Source: Mobula hypostoma (Eukaryota). From it: a DNA stretch of 64,000 nt. Positions 23,622 to 35,935 of the stretch are shown here, one piece after another (position 1 is the first letter of the stretch; every line of letters begins with the position of its first letter). The DNA lies in the NCBI RefSeq assembly GCF_963921235.1, contig NC_086097.1, forward strand, positions 191,954,001-192,018,000, written 5' to 3'. Position numbers and translations under genes: made by a program. The notes under the pieces are model-generated. The model saw only the letters and a list, made by a program, of their open reading frames with translations. It searched no databases and was not told the DNA's origin.

Positions 23622-24736
23622 ACCCTTAGATTTATCCATATTGAAGGATATCTACTATATTCAGATCCTTCTTTTAAATATGAACCCACATTGAAAACAT
23701 TTGGATTTTACTGAGTATTGTGGTCAACCAAACCAAACCAAACTCCTGATCCCTTCATTGCAATCACTGAATTGTGAGAGGACAGAAAGTGGCCATGTAG
23801 TCCATTAAGGCCATTCTGAAAATAAGTTATGTGTGCACGTGATGCAACGATATAATTATATATGCGATTGCAGGTTGTTAATCTTCAATAAATAGGCTCA
23901 TGTTCAGGTGCCCTAGTTGGAATTTATTTAATACAGTACTCGTTAGCTCTACAATAGTTACATCAATATCAGTTAGACACCAATTAATGTTACTGCTGCA
24001 TGTGCAGTGCACTTTGGGCATACAATATGTGTATTACATTGAAGGAACACTGCAACTGAAGGCTTCAGTAGACTCCCTACATCCAATGGTAATTGATTTT
24101 ACTTTAATCATGTTACATTCAGGCATATCATTAAATTAGAGGATTTATCTTGACATTACAACTTTTGTGATTACTTAAAATTTGCACCATTGTGTGTGTG
24201 TGTGTAACTTAAACAATGACTACATTCAGTCCAAAATATTAAGCACATGCAATCTTATGTGTTGGTTTGAAATATTCAAATTTTAATGGAATGCTATCAA
24301 AAATGTGAAGGAACATCACCCATTACAAAGATCAGACATGACTGTAGTGTGTGGTTGGAGAGCAGTAGGAACAAACTCCATTCCCAAAGCAACATTTGAG
24401 TTAGCTGGCTACATTTTTCCCCCACAGATGAAATGGCAGTAAGTGCAACAAATCTGATTATTTAAGGTGGCAGAAGGGATATGTAGCAAGGGTAGCTAAA
24501 TTCAAACCAAAATTAGCCATCCAGAACAATGGTCACAGAAGGACCCTTTCACCCCTCTATCTGTCCAGGAGGAAAATGTCAATTTAGATGTTGAACATTG
24601 AAAGGGAAGATTTTTACAGTCTATAATTTAATTGGCAAGTAGCAGCAATACTTTAACATTAATATGCAGAAGAAATGAATATAAATATACCTGAGGGTTG
24701 TTCTATTGCTGATTGAAGTACTTACACAGAAAGAAA

Positions 24737-24916
24737 TTCAAAGATTCAAAGTACATTTATTATCAAAGAATGTATAAATTATATATCTTGAATATACCTT
24801 GAGGTTTATCTGCTTGAAGGCAGCCACAAAAGCAAGAAACCAGAAGAACCCAATTAAAAAAAGAGAAAGAGCATAACCACTTTTGAGAAAGAGGGATAAA
24901 AACACACAGACACACA

Positions 24917-25011
<95 letters not shown>

Positions 25012-25660
25012 CAGGCAAACAACTGCGTTCCAAACCGGATTGCCAGATTGAGACCATAGATCTGCTCCCTAGACCTTAAATGCCAAGAAATCCACAGAGA
25101 AGACAGCAGCTGGAGCGGATCTTAGCCTCAGCACTGCAGCGAGAGGAAGGAACATCACGGAAGAGCGAGCGAAATCAGCCTGACCCTTGCCTTTGGTACC
25201 GACATTCAAGCTTTGCATTCTCTCTGCACTGGCGTTTAAATTGTCCAAGTGCTGGGTAGTGCCTTGGTCTAGGACCCAGACCCTGGTGCAGCAATATACT
25301 TGGGCTTGATCTCACCAAATCAGCTCGGCGCTTGGAATGATCCGACCTCAAACCCAGTTTAGGAGGACACCATCAAAACTCTTCCTCATCACCTCCTCTC
25401 CAAATCTTTCACTCCAACGGTGTCAGCAATACTAACTCTGTCTGCAACCCTGTCTTGAACATGTTGCCCCTTGACACTGAGATGCATCCACATGGCCCAT
25501 CCTTCGAATCAGCATCGCCTCTGCTTGCTTCTTCATTGTTTGTGGTGATATTTACCACAGTTTACTTCAGAAAATGTGCTTTTAGTAAAGTTTTTAGTCG
25601 AAATTCTTGCCTTTTGAACTACAAGTGAGCTGTCACATGCATTCGGTAGCACCACCTTAA
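24737..25660 (-). mobile_element. About 0.9-kb non-coding retroposed element with a Rex/L2-type 3' tail
   Basis: 3' tail GATAATAAATGTACTTTGAATCTTTGA resembles 3345-3400 and 42497-42530; GC-richer 5' part beginning AAGGTGGTGCT; no RT homology recognised. Confidence 0.6.
24901..25010. repeat. Compound (CA)n-(CG)n-(CA)n microsatellite
   Basis: About 110 bp of CA repeats with a central CGCGCGCG. Confidence 0.97.
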
Positions 25661-25737
25661 ACCTGAAGTCAATTATTTTTGATAAAATGACAGGAATCCT
25701 CAATATATAGTTGGGTGATGTACATAGATAAATAAAG

Positions 25738-26206
25738 TCACCACGAGGAAATCTGTAGATGCTGGAAATTCAAGCAACACATGTCAAAGTTGCTGGTGAA
25801 CGCAGCAGGCCAGGCAGCATCTCTAGGAAGAGGTACAGTCGACGTTTCAGGTTGAGACCCTTCATCAGGGCTAGCTGAAGGAAGAGCTAGTAAGAGATTT
25901 GAAAGTGGGAGGGGGAGGGGGAGATCCAAAATGATAGGAGAAGGCAGGAGGGGGTGGGATGGAGCCAAGAGCTGGACAGTTGATTGGCAAAAGGGATATA
26001 TCACATTCTTTGTCTCTCTCTCCTTTTTGTCCCTCTCACTATATCCCTTGCCCATCCTCTGGGTTTTCCCCCCTCCCCCTTTTCTTTCTCCCTAGGCCTC
26101 CTGTTCCATGATCCTCTCATATCCCTTTGGCCAATCAAATATCCAGCTCTTGGCTCCATCCCCCGCCCCCCCGCCCCCCCGCCCCCACCCCCCTGCCCCG
26201 TCTTCT
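25738..26206. mobile_element. PLE pseudo-LTR with internal inversion; hammerhead core intact on the minus strand at 25837-25872
   Basis: 25738-26000 is antisense pLTR and 26001-26206 is sense pLTR; minus strand reads CTGATGA AGG GTCTCAA CCT GAAA CGTC GACT. Confidence 0.82.
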
Positions 26207-26899
26207 GAGTACTCTTCCATTGGAAGCTTAACTTTGTTTTTTTCTCCATGGATGCTGCCTGTTTTCATTTTAGATTTCCAATGTGAAGTTTTCTTTTGAT
26301 TTTCATTTACTCTACTAGGAATTCATATTCAAACCTGTGCCATACAGTTCCATGATTCTAGCACTGGAGCCCTGGAGTCATTGGAGAAAAGGTGAGAAGT
26401 GTTCACATTAAGCAAATATACCAAAATATTCTGGAGAAATGTCTGATAGATTTGATCTAGAAGTAAATACAGAATCGGCTACTGAAGAGAAGATGAACTG
26501 AGATCACTATTTCTTCAGGTCAGGAAATAATGTTTGAACGAGAAAGCGCAAACATTTGAGAAGCTCGTTCAATAATTAGAACCTATAATTGCTGTATGTA
26601 GGTGAACCAGTTCCAAGGAGGGAAAGTCTTTGGATATATTTCATTTAAGTATTTAAGTGCACCTAATGTAAGTACGCACAATGGGTACACGCAATGATTG
26701 TTAGTCTTCAATGAAGGCTAGCACATGTTTTGAAGCTCCTAGTAAGCCTTGAGTTTATTTAATTCAGTACTCGCCAATTCTACAATAACTGTACAGTAAC
26801 AGAATATTAACAGTATATTCTAGTTCTAATCACATGATTTTCCCTGGCGTCTATCCTAATTCCCTTTGCAAAGCCTCCACGTTTCCATGCTTCTTATTC

Positions 26900-28442
26900 A
26901 AATTCACAAACCCATTAGCATCCCTGGTTCCCCTACATTTCAGCTGTGGAAACAGAGGAGCCAACACACGTGACCACTGTTATATCATCATCAAGAACGC
27001 TGACCATGCCATCCCACACCTACCCTTTGGAAAGTCCGATTAGCTGGCTAAACTTCTACTCCCAGCATATAGGCAGGGACTAAAGACTGTAGCACCAGTG
27101 GTGAGGACCAAGAAAGTATATTCAAGGGAGGCTGAGGAATGCTTACGGGACTGCTTTACGTCAGTGGACTGTACAATATTCAGGGATTCATCTTCGAGTC
27201 TGAATGTCACAGTTGTCACCAACATCAAAATCTGAGTGGAATGGTGTGTCCCTTCAAGAAAATGCCAGACATACCCAAAACAGGAGATTCACAGTCTGCT
27301 AAGCTCTATAACTGTGGCAATCAAGACTACTGTTTATTGACTACAGCTCAGCGTTCAACATAATTATACACTCCATTTTAATCAAAAAAGTTCCAAAGCA
27401 TGGGCATTTTTACCTCCCTCCCTAAATGGATCCTTGACTTTCTCACCAGCAGACCACGGACTGTGCAGATTGGAAAAAAAAATCTCCTTCTTGCTGATAA
27501 TTAACACTGGTGCACTTCAAGGACGCATGGTTAGCCATTGCTCTACCCTCTTTACACCCATGATTGTGTGGCTAGGTACAGCTCAAAGACCATCTAAAAA
27601 TTTGCTGTTGACACTACTATTGTCGGCAGTCAGCAGAATTTCAGATGGTGATGAGGAGGTGTACAGGAGGGAGTTGGATCAGCTGGTTAAGTGGTCCCGC
27701 AACAAAAACCTTGCACTCAACCTCAGTAAGACCAAGGAATTGATTGTGGACTTCAGGACAGGTAAATCGAGGAACTCACAGCAGATCTAATTGAGGGATC
27801 AGAAGTGGAAAAGGTGAGCAATTTCAAGTTCCTGGGTGTCAACATCTCTGAGGATCTATCCTGAGTCCAACATATTGATGCAATTACAATGAAGGCATGG
27901 ATGTGGCTGTACTTCATGAGGAGTTTGAGGAGGTTTGGTATGTCACCAAAGATACTCACAAATTTCTACAGGTGTAACATGGTGAGCATTCTAACTGGTT
28001 GCATCACTGTCTGGTATGCAGGGCCCACTGCACAAGATCAGAAAAAGCTGTAGAAAGTTGTAGACGCAGTTGTCTCCATCATGGACACTATCCTTTCCTG
28101 CATTCAGGACACTTTCAAGTGACGATGCATCAAAAAGGTGGCATCCATCATTAAGGACCCCCATCACCCAGGTCATGCTCTCTTCTCATTACTACCATCA
28201 AGCAGGAGGTACAAGAGCCTGAAGACACACACTCAACATTTCAGGAACAAGTTCTTCCCCTCCGGCATCAGATTCCTGAATGGACAATGAACAAATGAAC
28301 ACTTCCTCAGTATTTTCCCTCTCTTTTGCACTACTTATTTTTTTTAAATATACATCTTATTGTAATTTATATCTGTATTACTATGTATTGCAACACACTG
28401 CTGCCACGAAACATCAAAGTTAATGACATATCCTAGTAATAT
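26900..28442 (+). mobile_element. Decayed, internally deleted Rex1/Babar LINE
   Basis: APE end RGANTRDHCY...PFGKSD; RT INTGALQG and LNLSKTKELIVDFR; C-terminal HHPGHALFSLLPSSRRYKSL. Confidence 0.85.
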
Positions 28443-28459
28443 TGCAATACAACCCATAC

Positions 28460-28655
28460 TACAACAGTGGTCACTTACAGTGCACAATCAGGAACTATCA
28501 CAGACTGGAGGAAATTATAGCACTTTAGTGAGGGAGAGAAGACTGATACAGTCAGAGAGACAATGTGCCAACTCCACATAGACTAGCGATCAGCATTGAA
28601 ACAAGACTGCTGGATCTGTGAGACAATAGCTCTACCCGCTATGTCATTGTGCCAC
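28460..28655 (-). mobile_element. Decayed tRNA-derived SINE
   Basis: Minus strand starts GGCACAATGACATAGCGGGTAGAGCTATTGTCTCACAG and has a B-box-like GTTTCAATGC. Confidence 0.5.
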
Positions 28656-29555
28656 TCAACTTCCTTTCATTTTGTATCTCCTTACTGTAGAACCTCCCAA
28701 TGAGGTTGCCATGAACTCTCTCTATTGCCTCACCATCCTTCCTGCAGTACAAAGGCCCAAAATCTCCAACTGTTTACTTCCCAAGGATGCAGCTTCAACA
28801 CCACATTCAATTTAGGCTGAATACCGACCCTGAAAATGGAAACAGGGAGCATGATGTACAGTTAAATCCTGGGCTTTGATTCTGATGCTGCACATTCTCT
28901 TCTATGATTTCTTCCTGCAGTGGCACTAACTGTAGTGACCTATGACCTTTGTCTCAAAAGCAGGCGCAACATTGTGAGTGCCTAGCATTAATATGGCGCA
29001 CCATATTGTGACTGCAATAGGAAATGGTTGGTATTCCGATCTCAATCCAAACCATCAGCAATGATGCAATGTTAAATTCCAACATAAATAACCACCATCA
29101 ATGAATACATCTACCAATCTCATATTTCACCAAGTGACCATGAGATAGTGTACTGCATGAAAGCACCACACCTCCACTATTCACAGACCAACAATCTTAA
29201 TGAAACAGGAATGTGTCCCAACTTTCATTTGCTCCTGTGCATCATCACACACTCCACATTCCCCAGTGCAAACACTGCCAGCAGGTGAAACACCAGTCAG
29301 TGGAAATGTAAATCTCAAACAAATGCACAGGACTAAAACACGTCCCAGCATTTTACATAACCACTAGTAGCACCAAGCATGAGTCACAGCTTCATTTTAA
29401 TTGCATGGAGGAGCTGTTGCACGCCTAAGTGGAATGGTCATTGCTGAGTCTGTGACCAGCAGAGCTGCTGAGGACGTCATAGTATCATCATCCCCAACTC
29501 TCTTTCCCATATGCTACGACAGCTCGGAGTTACAGACTGCATTTGGTGTTGGGCT

Positions 29556-29596
29556 ACAACTCTTCCCGATCGTATGCCGCCCTTATTCCAGATGGG
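29556..29596 (-). other. Candidate terminal coding exon (xPSGIRAAYDREEL*)
   Basis: Polypyrimidine acceptor TGTTTTCACCTTTCTCTCAATCAG; CpG-retaining sequence; one frame ends in a KDEL-like REEL-stop. No upstream exon confirmed. Confidence 0.25.
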
Positions 29597-29999
29597 CTGA
29601 TTGAGAGAAAGGTGAAAACATATTGTGATCTGATTTAACACTCTCAGTACATTTCTAAAGTGGTGCTTTATTTAAGTATGGAACTGAAGGTGGCTAGTCA
29701 CTGGACTATAGTGCCCTACGTGTGGAGCAGAGAGAAGCTTATCCTTGGTGCTGAGTGCTATGTTGGAGGAGATTGAAAGGTTACATCAGCTATCTCTACA
29801 TCACCTCTTTTAATGGCCTAGGATGCAGATCATCAGAACCAGGGGACCTGTGAGTTTTTTTTTTGTCCCATTTGCTTTCCATAGTGCCAGCATGTACTGA
29901 TTGTCTGTTGTTAATTGACAGAGGTGAGTCACTGGTCTCAAAGGGCCTGAAGCTATATAGAAAGAAAGAATAGTGGTGGTAACGTTACAGCAGGCTTTG

Positions 30000-30400
30000 C
30001 CGTGGAGCAGTCTAGATTTCTGGATTTTATTACTAGTCCTACCTGACAGATGCTTATAAAATTATGCGAGGCATAAATATGATAGATATAGTCAAAGTCT
30101 TCTGTCAGCATATAAATGTCAAATGCTAGTAGATACAGATCTAAGATAGGATGGGGCAAAGTTAAAGTGGATGACTGATGCCGCTTGTTTTTCCACACAG
30201 AAAGTGATTGCTGCATGAAATGCACTATAGGGGGAGGTGTAGAAGTTAATATGATAGAAATATTAAGGAGACATTTAGACAGTTATGTGAATAAAGAGAT
30301 ATGGATCATGTACAAAGAGATGAGATTATTTTAGATTGGCATCATGTTTAGTGTAGACATCACGGGCTGAAGTGTCTGTTCCTGTGCTATGATTCATAAG
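30000..30400 (+). mobile_element. Old CR1 3' end
   Basis: TTTTTCCACACAGAAAGTGATTGCTGCATGAAATGCACT and GGGCTGAAGTGTCTGTTCCTGTGCTAT. Confidence 0.65.
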
Positions 30401-30754
30401 TATTGATTTGGCAAGAAGAGGCTTGGGTTGTGATGTAAAGCCTCTTATGATTCAATTGTCTAAAGCCTTAATTACTTAAGCTCTCTGCATGTAGGATGAA
30501 TTGAATCTCAGCAGAACTGACCAGTTTCATTCAGGAAGGGTGACGAAGATTGAAGGTAAAATAGCTACTGAAAACCATGTAAGACACAAATTTCATCTTG
30601 AATAATGCTTATTCATATCAGATTTGTTTTTAAGTGGAAAAATATATACCTCTATTCCTGGCATTCTGGTTCTTGCCATTAATACTTTTAACATCTAATA
30701 ATATTTAATAATATTATTAATATCTGATAAGATTATCTAATAATAAGCCCCAGT

Positions 30755-31047
30755 ACGTCTTCATTTTCAACCAGGTTCAAGAACAGTTACTACCCCTTAA
30801 CTATCAGGCTCTTGGACAAAAGGGGAAACTACACTCACTTAAGGACTCTGTTATTTTGTTATTTCATGTTCATTATTTATTGCTATTTATTTATATCTGC
30901 ATTTGCACAGATTGTTGTCTATTTACCCTGCTTAAAGTTACTGTTCTATAGATTTGCTAAGTATACCCAGAGAAAAAGGACCTCAAGGTTGTATGTGGTG
31001 ACATGTATGTACTCGGATAATAAATTTTACTTTGAACTTTGAACTTC
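30755..31047 (+). mobile_element. Rex1/Babar 3' end
   Basis: RFKNSYYPLTIRLL followed by the tail GATAATAAATTTTACTTTGAACTTTGAAC. Confidence 0.75.
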
Positions 31048-31059
31048 TGAAATTATTTT

Positions 31060-31255
31060 TGGAATGTGTGGGTCTCCCCACACCCAGGTGCTCTGTTTTT
31101 TTCTCCTCCACAGTCCAAAGACTTACTGGTTAGATTAATTAGTCATTGTAAATAATCCTGTGATTAGGTTAGGGTTAATTGGGGTTGTGGAATTGCTGGG
31201 AGAGCATGGCTTGAAGAGCTGAAAGGGTTTACAACACTCTCTTTCACTAAATAAA
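31060..31255 (+). mobile_element. V-SINE fragment
   Basis: GGTGCTCTGTTTTT...CCTCCACAGTCCAAAGAC...GGTTAGATTAATTAGTCATTGTAAAT V-domain-like motif with a CR1-like tail. Confidence 0.65.
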
Positions 31256-32974
31256 ATCCTTAACAAAAACAGAATTTACTGGATGCATTTAGTAGAACAA
31301 ATAACATCTGTGGAGAGATAAATACAATCAACAAATGAGGTAAAGGTCCCTACATCGGAAGTGGAAAATTGAGAACACAAGTGAGTTATAAATTCTGGAG
31401 AGTGGGAGAGAAGGAGAGAACAGAGGGAATGTTTTCAGTGGGACAGAGGCCAAAGATATCAAAGTAACAATTACTTTAATAACTGGCAGTTGATCTTCAG
31501 TGAGTGGAAAATTCCAAGTTCAGAGAAGGATAGGTTAGACCGAGCAAGGACAGTAATAAAATTGAAATGATCAATGTTCACAGTTCATGAGAAATAGATT
31601 AATACGGGGTGTTTTTGAAATTCTGAAGATAGGAAAAAGTGTTCAAAGTCTGGGCTGAGGACAAAGAGATGTGTGCAAAAATGAACAACAGCAGAAGAAT
31701 AATGCTATGGAACTCGTTAAGAGGATGTAGTGAATGAAGGTGAGATCTCTGATGGGGACTGAACATATGTGATGAAGGAAAGGAAGATCCGAAGGGATAA
31801 TTAAATCATTGCAAGGGGTGGGACTGGAGGAAGCGATGAGGTTGGAAGACAATGAAGCTGGACAGGATCATATTTTAAATTCTAGAAGTGTTGAGATCTG
31901 TAATATTTGATGTCTGAAAGAATGTCAAAAATATTTGCATTGAAGCACTGAATGCACTGAAGGATAAAGTGGAACAACACATTAGAGGTGCTTGGAAATT
32001 AAGTGAGATGAACTTTTGCAGAGAGAAATCAGGACTGCATGTTTTGTTTCAGTAGTTTCATGCTTCCTCAGAAGCACTTCACATAAACTTTTTTAATGGC
32101 TCTTACAAAACACAATTCACTCACTTGTACATAATATTTCATCGGGTGATTTTGCCGTTTTACTTCCAACTTTATGGTCTCATGGGTAAAATGAACTCTC
32201 CTCCTTTAACAATAAAATGAAAAACTATTCTGGTGATTCTTCTCAAATTAGAACCAGTTGAAATAAAATTCGCAGTCATTCATTTAGAGGAGTTGACAGC
32301 TGTTAAAGAGATTAGGTATTGACCCCTGACTAAGCAAGCCTTGCTGATAGGGTTTTTAGTTTCTCATTATCATACTGGATAATGGTCCTGGTGGTCTGAT
32401 GGCAATACTGGATCGTGAATGGAAGAAACCAGCAAGGCATGATTACCTCACAGCTATGTAAACTGACCCCAAGCAACTGAGAAAATCAGCAGCCAATTGC
32501 AAAGCACAGCAGCTGTGCTCTAATCGGAGAAAAGCTCTCTGTATTAATTGCAAAACAGGTCAGTTGTTCATTACACCGTTACAGAACCATATACTTCAGT
32601 CATGTTTCAATGGTATCAGCACACATTTCAAACTGAATGTTTTTGGCATTACATTATCAGAAGTGTTACGAAATTCCACGTTCTTTAGAAATCTATGGTT
32701 TAATTTTTCATACTTGACAAAAACTAGTTTCACTCCTGGGAAATGTGCACAATAGTTGTGATAGATCCAAACAGCTTAAACTCTTCAGTCAAGTCAAATC
32801 AAGTTTATCATCATATACACAAATCTAGTGAGGTACAGTTACAATGAAATAATTACCCACAGAGGACTAATAAATTCAGAAAGCACACAGAACATAAATT
32901 ATACATAAACTATACAAATCAGTAACGAAATAGTCAGAGAAGGGGTGGCACAATTTATAGTACAGGTGAGCTGG

Positions 32975-33186
32975 GTTTGTAAGCAGTTTCTCATTTCTCC
33001 CTGTGACTATGTGGGTTTCCTCCCATAGTCCAAAGACATACCAGTGAGTAGGATAAATGATCACTGTAAATTGTCCTATGATTAGGCTAGGATTAAATCG
33101 GTGGATTGCTGGGCTGGGTGGCTCAAAGGGCCGAATGGCCTATTCCATGCTGTATCCCAATAAATAAATAAATAAATAAATAAATA
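32975..33186 (+). mobile_element. V-SINE fragment with (TAAA)n tail
   Basis: GTGGGTTTCCTCCCATAGTCCAAAGAC...CACTGTAAATTGTCC...GGGCCGAATGGCCTATTCCATGCTGTATC(TAAA)n. Confidence 0.75.
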
Positions 33187-33520
33187 GTCTGGGCAATAAA
33201 AAACATGAGTGCAAAAAAAAACACCAATGAGAGACAGGATCAGAAAAGGACACTTCATCAACATAATGAATATCAGGGTCAGCATACAGAACTCTTTGTC
33301 ATTTTCAGTCTCGCAATCGAATTTAACTTGAAGTGTTGCACTTCAGGAAATCAAATGATAAGGGACAGTAAACTGTTTATAGCAGGTTTGTTAACAATGC
33401 TGATGTGCAGGGACATTCCAAGTCGCTAGATCCTTGAAAATTCACAAATCTACACAGGCGAATAGAGTGGTAAAGAAGTCATATGGCATACTTCACAAAC
33501 AAGAGAAAACCTGCAGATAC

Positions 33521-34727
33521 AAGGAATTCTGCAGATGCTGGAAATTCAAGCAACACACATCAAAGTTGCTGGTGAATGCAGCAGGCCAGGTAGCATCTCT
33601 AGGAGGAGGTACAGTCGACGTTTCAGGCCGAGACCCTTCGTCAGCACTAACTGAAGGAACAGCTAGTAAGAGATTTGAAAGTGGGAGGGGGAGGGGGATA
33701 TCCAAAATGATAGGAGAAGACAGGAGGGGGAGGGATGGAGCCAAGAGCTGGACAGGTGATTGGCAAAAGGGATATGAGAGGATCATGGGACAGGAGGCCC
33801 AGGGAGAAGGAAAACGGGGAGGGGGGGGAGCCCCAGAGGATGGGCAATGAGTATAGTCAGAGGGACAGAGGGAGAAAAAGGAGAGTGAGAGAAAGAATGT
33901 GTGTATATAAATAACGGATGGGGTACGAGGGGGAGGTGGGGCATTAGCGGAAGTTAGAGAAGTCAATGTTCACGCCATCAGGTTGGAAGCTACCCAGACG
34001 GAACATAAGGTATTGTTCCTCCAACCTGAGTGTGGCTTCATCTTTACAGTAGAGCAGGCCGTGGATAGACATGTCAGAAAGTGAATGGGATGTGGAATTA
34101 AAATGTGTGGCCACTAGGAGATCCTGCTTTCTCTGGCGGACAGAGCGTAGGTGTTCAGCAAAACGATATCCCAGTCTGTGTTGGGTCTCGCCAATATATA
34201 GAAGGCCACATCAGGAGCACGGGATGCAGTATATCACCCCAGCCGACTCACAGGTGAAGTGTTGCCTCACCTGGAAGGACTGTTTGGGGCCCTGAATGGT
34301 GGTAAGGGAGGAAGTGTAAGGGCATGTGTAGCACTTGTTCCGTTTACACAGATAAGTGCCAGGAGGGAGATCAGTGGGGAGGGATGGGGGGACGAATGGA
34401 CAAGGGAGTCACGTAGGGAGCGATCCCTGTGGAAAGCAGGGGGGGGGGAGGGAAAGATGTGCTTAGTGGTGGGATCCCGTTGGAGGTGGCGGAAGTTACG
34501 GAGAATAATATGTTGGACCTGAAGGCTGGTGGGGTTGTAGGTGAGGACCAGGGGAACCCTATTCCTAGTGGGGTGGCAGGAGGATGGAGTGAGAGCAGAT
34601 GTGCGTGAAATGGGGAAGATGCGTTTGACAGCAGATTTGATGGTGGAGGAACGGAAGCCCCTTTCTTTAAAAAAGGACATCTCCCCCGTCCTGGAATGAA
34701 AAGCCTCATCCTGAGAGCAGATGTGGC
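33521..34727 (-). mobile_element. Young Neptune-type PLE 3' part (RT C-terminus, Cys linker, GIY-YIG, pLTR with hammerhead at 33613-33648)
   Basis: HICSQDEAFHSRT...RVPLVLTYNP...IILRNFRHLQRDP; GIY-YIG VIYCIPCS...LYIGET; minus strand CTGACGA AGG GTCTCGG CCT GAAA CGTC GACT. Confidence 0.9.
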
Positions 34728-35450
34728 TACTGGAAACCCTAGCAACAGACACAAAATGCTGGAGGAACTCAGGAGGCCAGACAGCATCTACAGAAAAAAA
34801 TACAGTCGATGTTTTGGTAGGACTGGAGAAAAAAAGCTGAGGAGTAGGTTTAAAAGGTGGGAGGAGGGGAGAGAGGAGCACCAGGTGATAAGTGAAAACT
34901 GGAGGGAGAGGGATGAAGTAAAGAGCTGGGAAGTTGATTGGTGAGAGAGACAGAAGGCCATGGAAGAAGGAAAAAGAGAGGAAAGAGCACCAGAAGGAGG
35001 TGATGGGTAGGGAAGGAGATAAAGAGAGAGAGGGAAAAGGGGAATGGAAACAGTGAAGGGGTGGGGGCGGGGTAGAACATTACCAGGTTTGAGAAATCAA
35101 TGGTCATGCCATCAGGTTGGGGGCTACCCAAACGGAAAATAAACTGTTGTTCCTCCAACCTAAATGTGCCCTCATCCCAACAGTGAAGGAGGCCATGGAT
35201 GGACATATTGGAATGGGAATGGGAATGGGAAGTGGAATTAAATGGGTGGCCACTGGGAGATTCCGCCTTTTCTGGCAGATGGAGCTTGGTGAAGTGGTCT
35301 CCCAATCTACGTCGTGTCTCACTGATATACAGAAGGCCACACTGGGAGTACCGAACACAGTAAATGACCCCAAGATACTCACAGGTAAAGTGTTGCCTCA
35401 CCTTGAAGGACTGTTTAGGGCCTTAAATAGTAGTGAGGGAGGAGGTGTAG
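34728..35450 (-). mobile_element. Older PLE 3' part (GIY-YIG plus pLTR, subfamily B); its extreme end lies at 33494-33520
   Basis: ORF 34850-35401 VIYCVRYSQCGLLYISETRRRLGDHF...LGSPQPDGMTIDF; the pLTR terminus is split by the younger element. Confidence 0.85.
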
Positions 35451-35499
35451 TGCTCTGAATAATTTCTCCTTTGGCCTCACTCTAAATAATTTCTCCTTA

Positions 35500-35935
35500 G
35501 ACTCCCTCTCGCTTCCTTCAAAATCTTTTCAAGGATTTCAAGTTCCCTGGCTCCCATTATCTTATTTTTACGATGGATGTCCAGTCTCTCTATGCCTTCA
35601 TCCCCAACCAGGAAGCTCTCAAAGCTCTCCATTTTTTTCTGGACACCAGACCTAACCAGTTCCCCTCAACCACCACTCTCCTCCACCAAGCAGAACTTGT
35701 CCTCACTCTAAATAATTTCTCCTTTAGTTCCTCCTACTTCCTTCAAACAAAAGGGGTAGCCATGGGCACTAGCATGGGTCCCAGCTATGCCCACCAGTTT
35801 GTTGGCTATCTGGAGCAGTCTATGTTCTAAGCCTACACTGGTGACTGTCCTGCACTTTTCCCGTGCTACATCGATGACTGCATTGGCGCTGCTTCCTGCA
35901 CCTGTGCTGAACTTGTTGACTTTGTTGACTGAATT
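35500..35935 (+). mobile_element. PLE reverse transcriptase core fragment (opposite orientation)
   Basis: MDVQSLY...LTLNNFSF...QTKGVAMGTSMGPSYA and YIDD at about 35867-35878. Confidence 0.88.

Noticed and set aside
24428..24438. 11-nt plus-strand micro-exon (CCCCACAG|ATGAAATGGCA|GTAAGT)
   Set aside because: Not frame-preserving and no neighbouring exons; plausible by chance in 64 kb
24738..25057. Cys/Val-rich ORFs
   Set aside because: They are translations of the (TG)n microsatellite
26158..26200. G-quadruplex element on the minus strand
   Set aside because: It is an expanded C-tract inside a PLE pLTR with no independent sign of function
30690..30747. AT-rich palindromic stretch
   Set aside because: Low-complexity TAATA repeats make self-complementarity trivial
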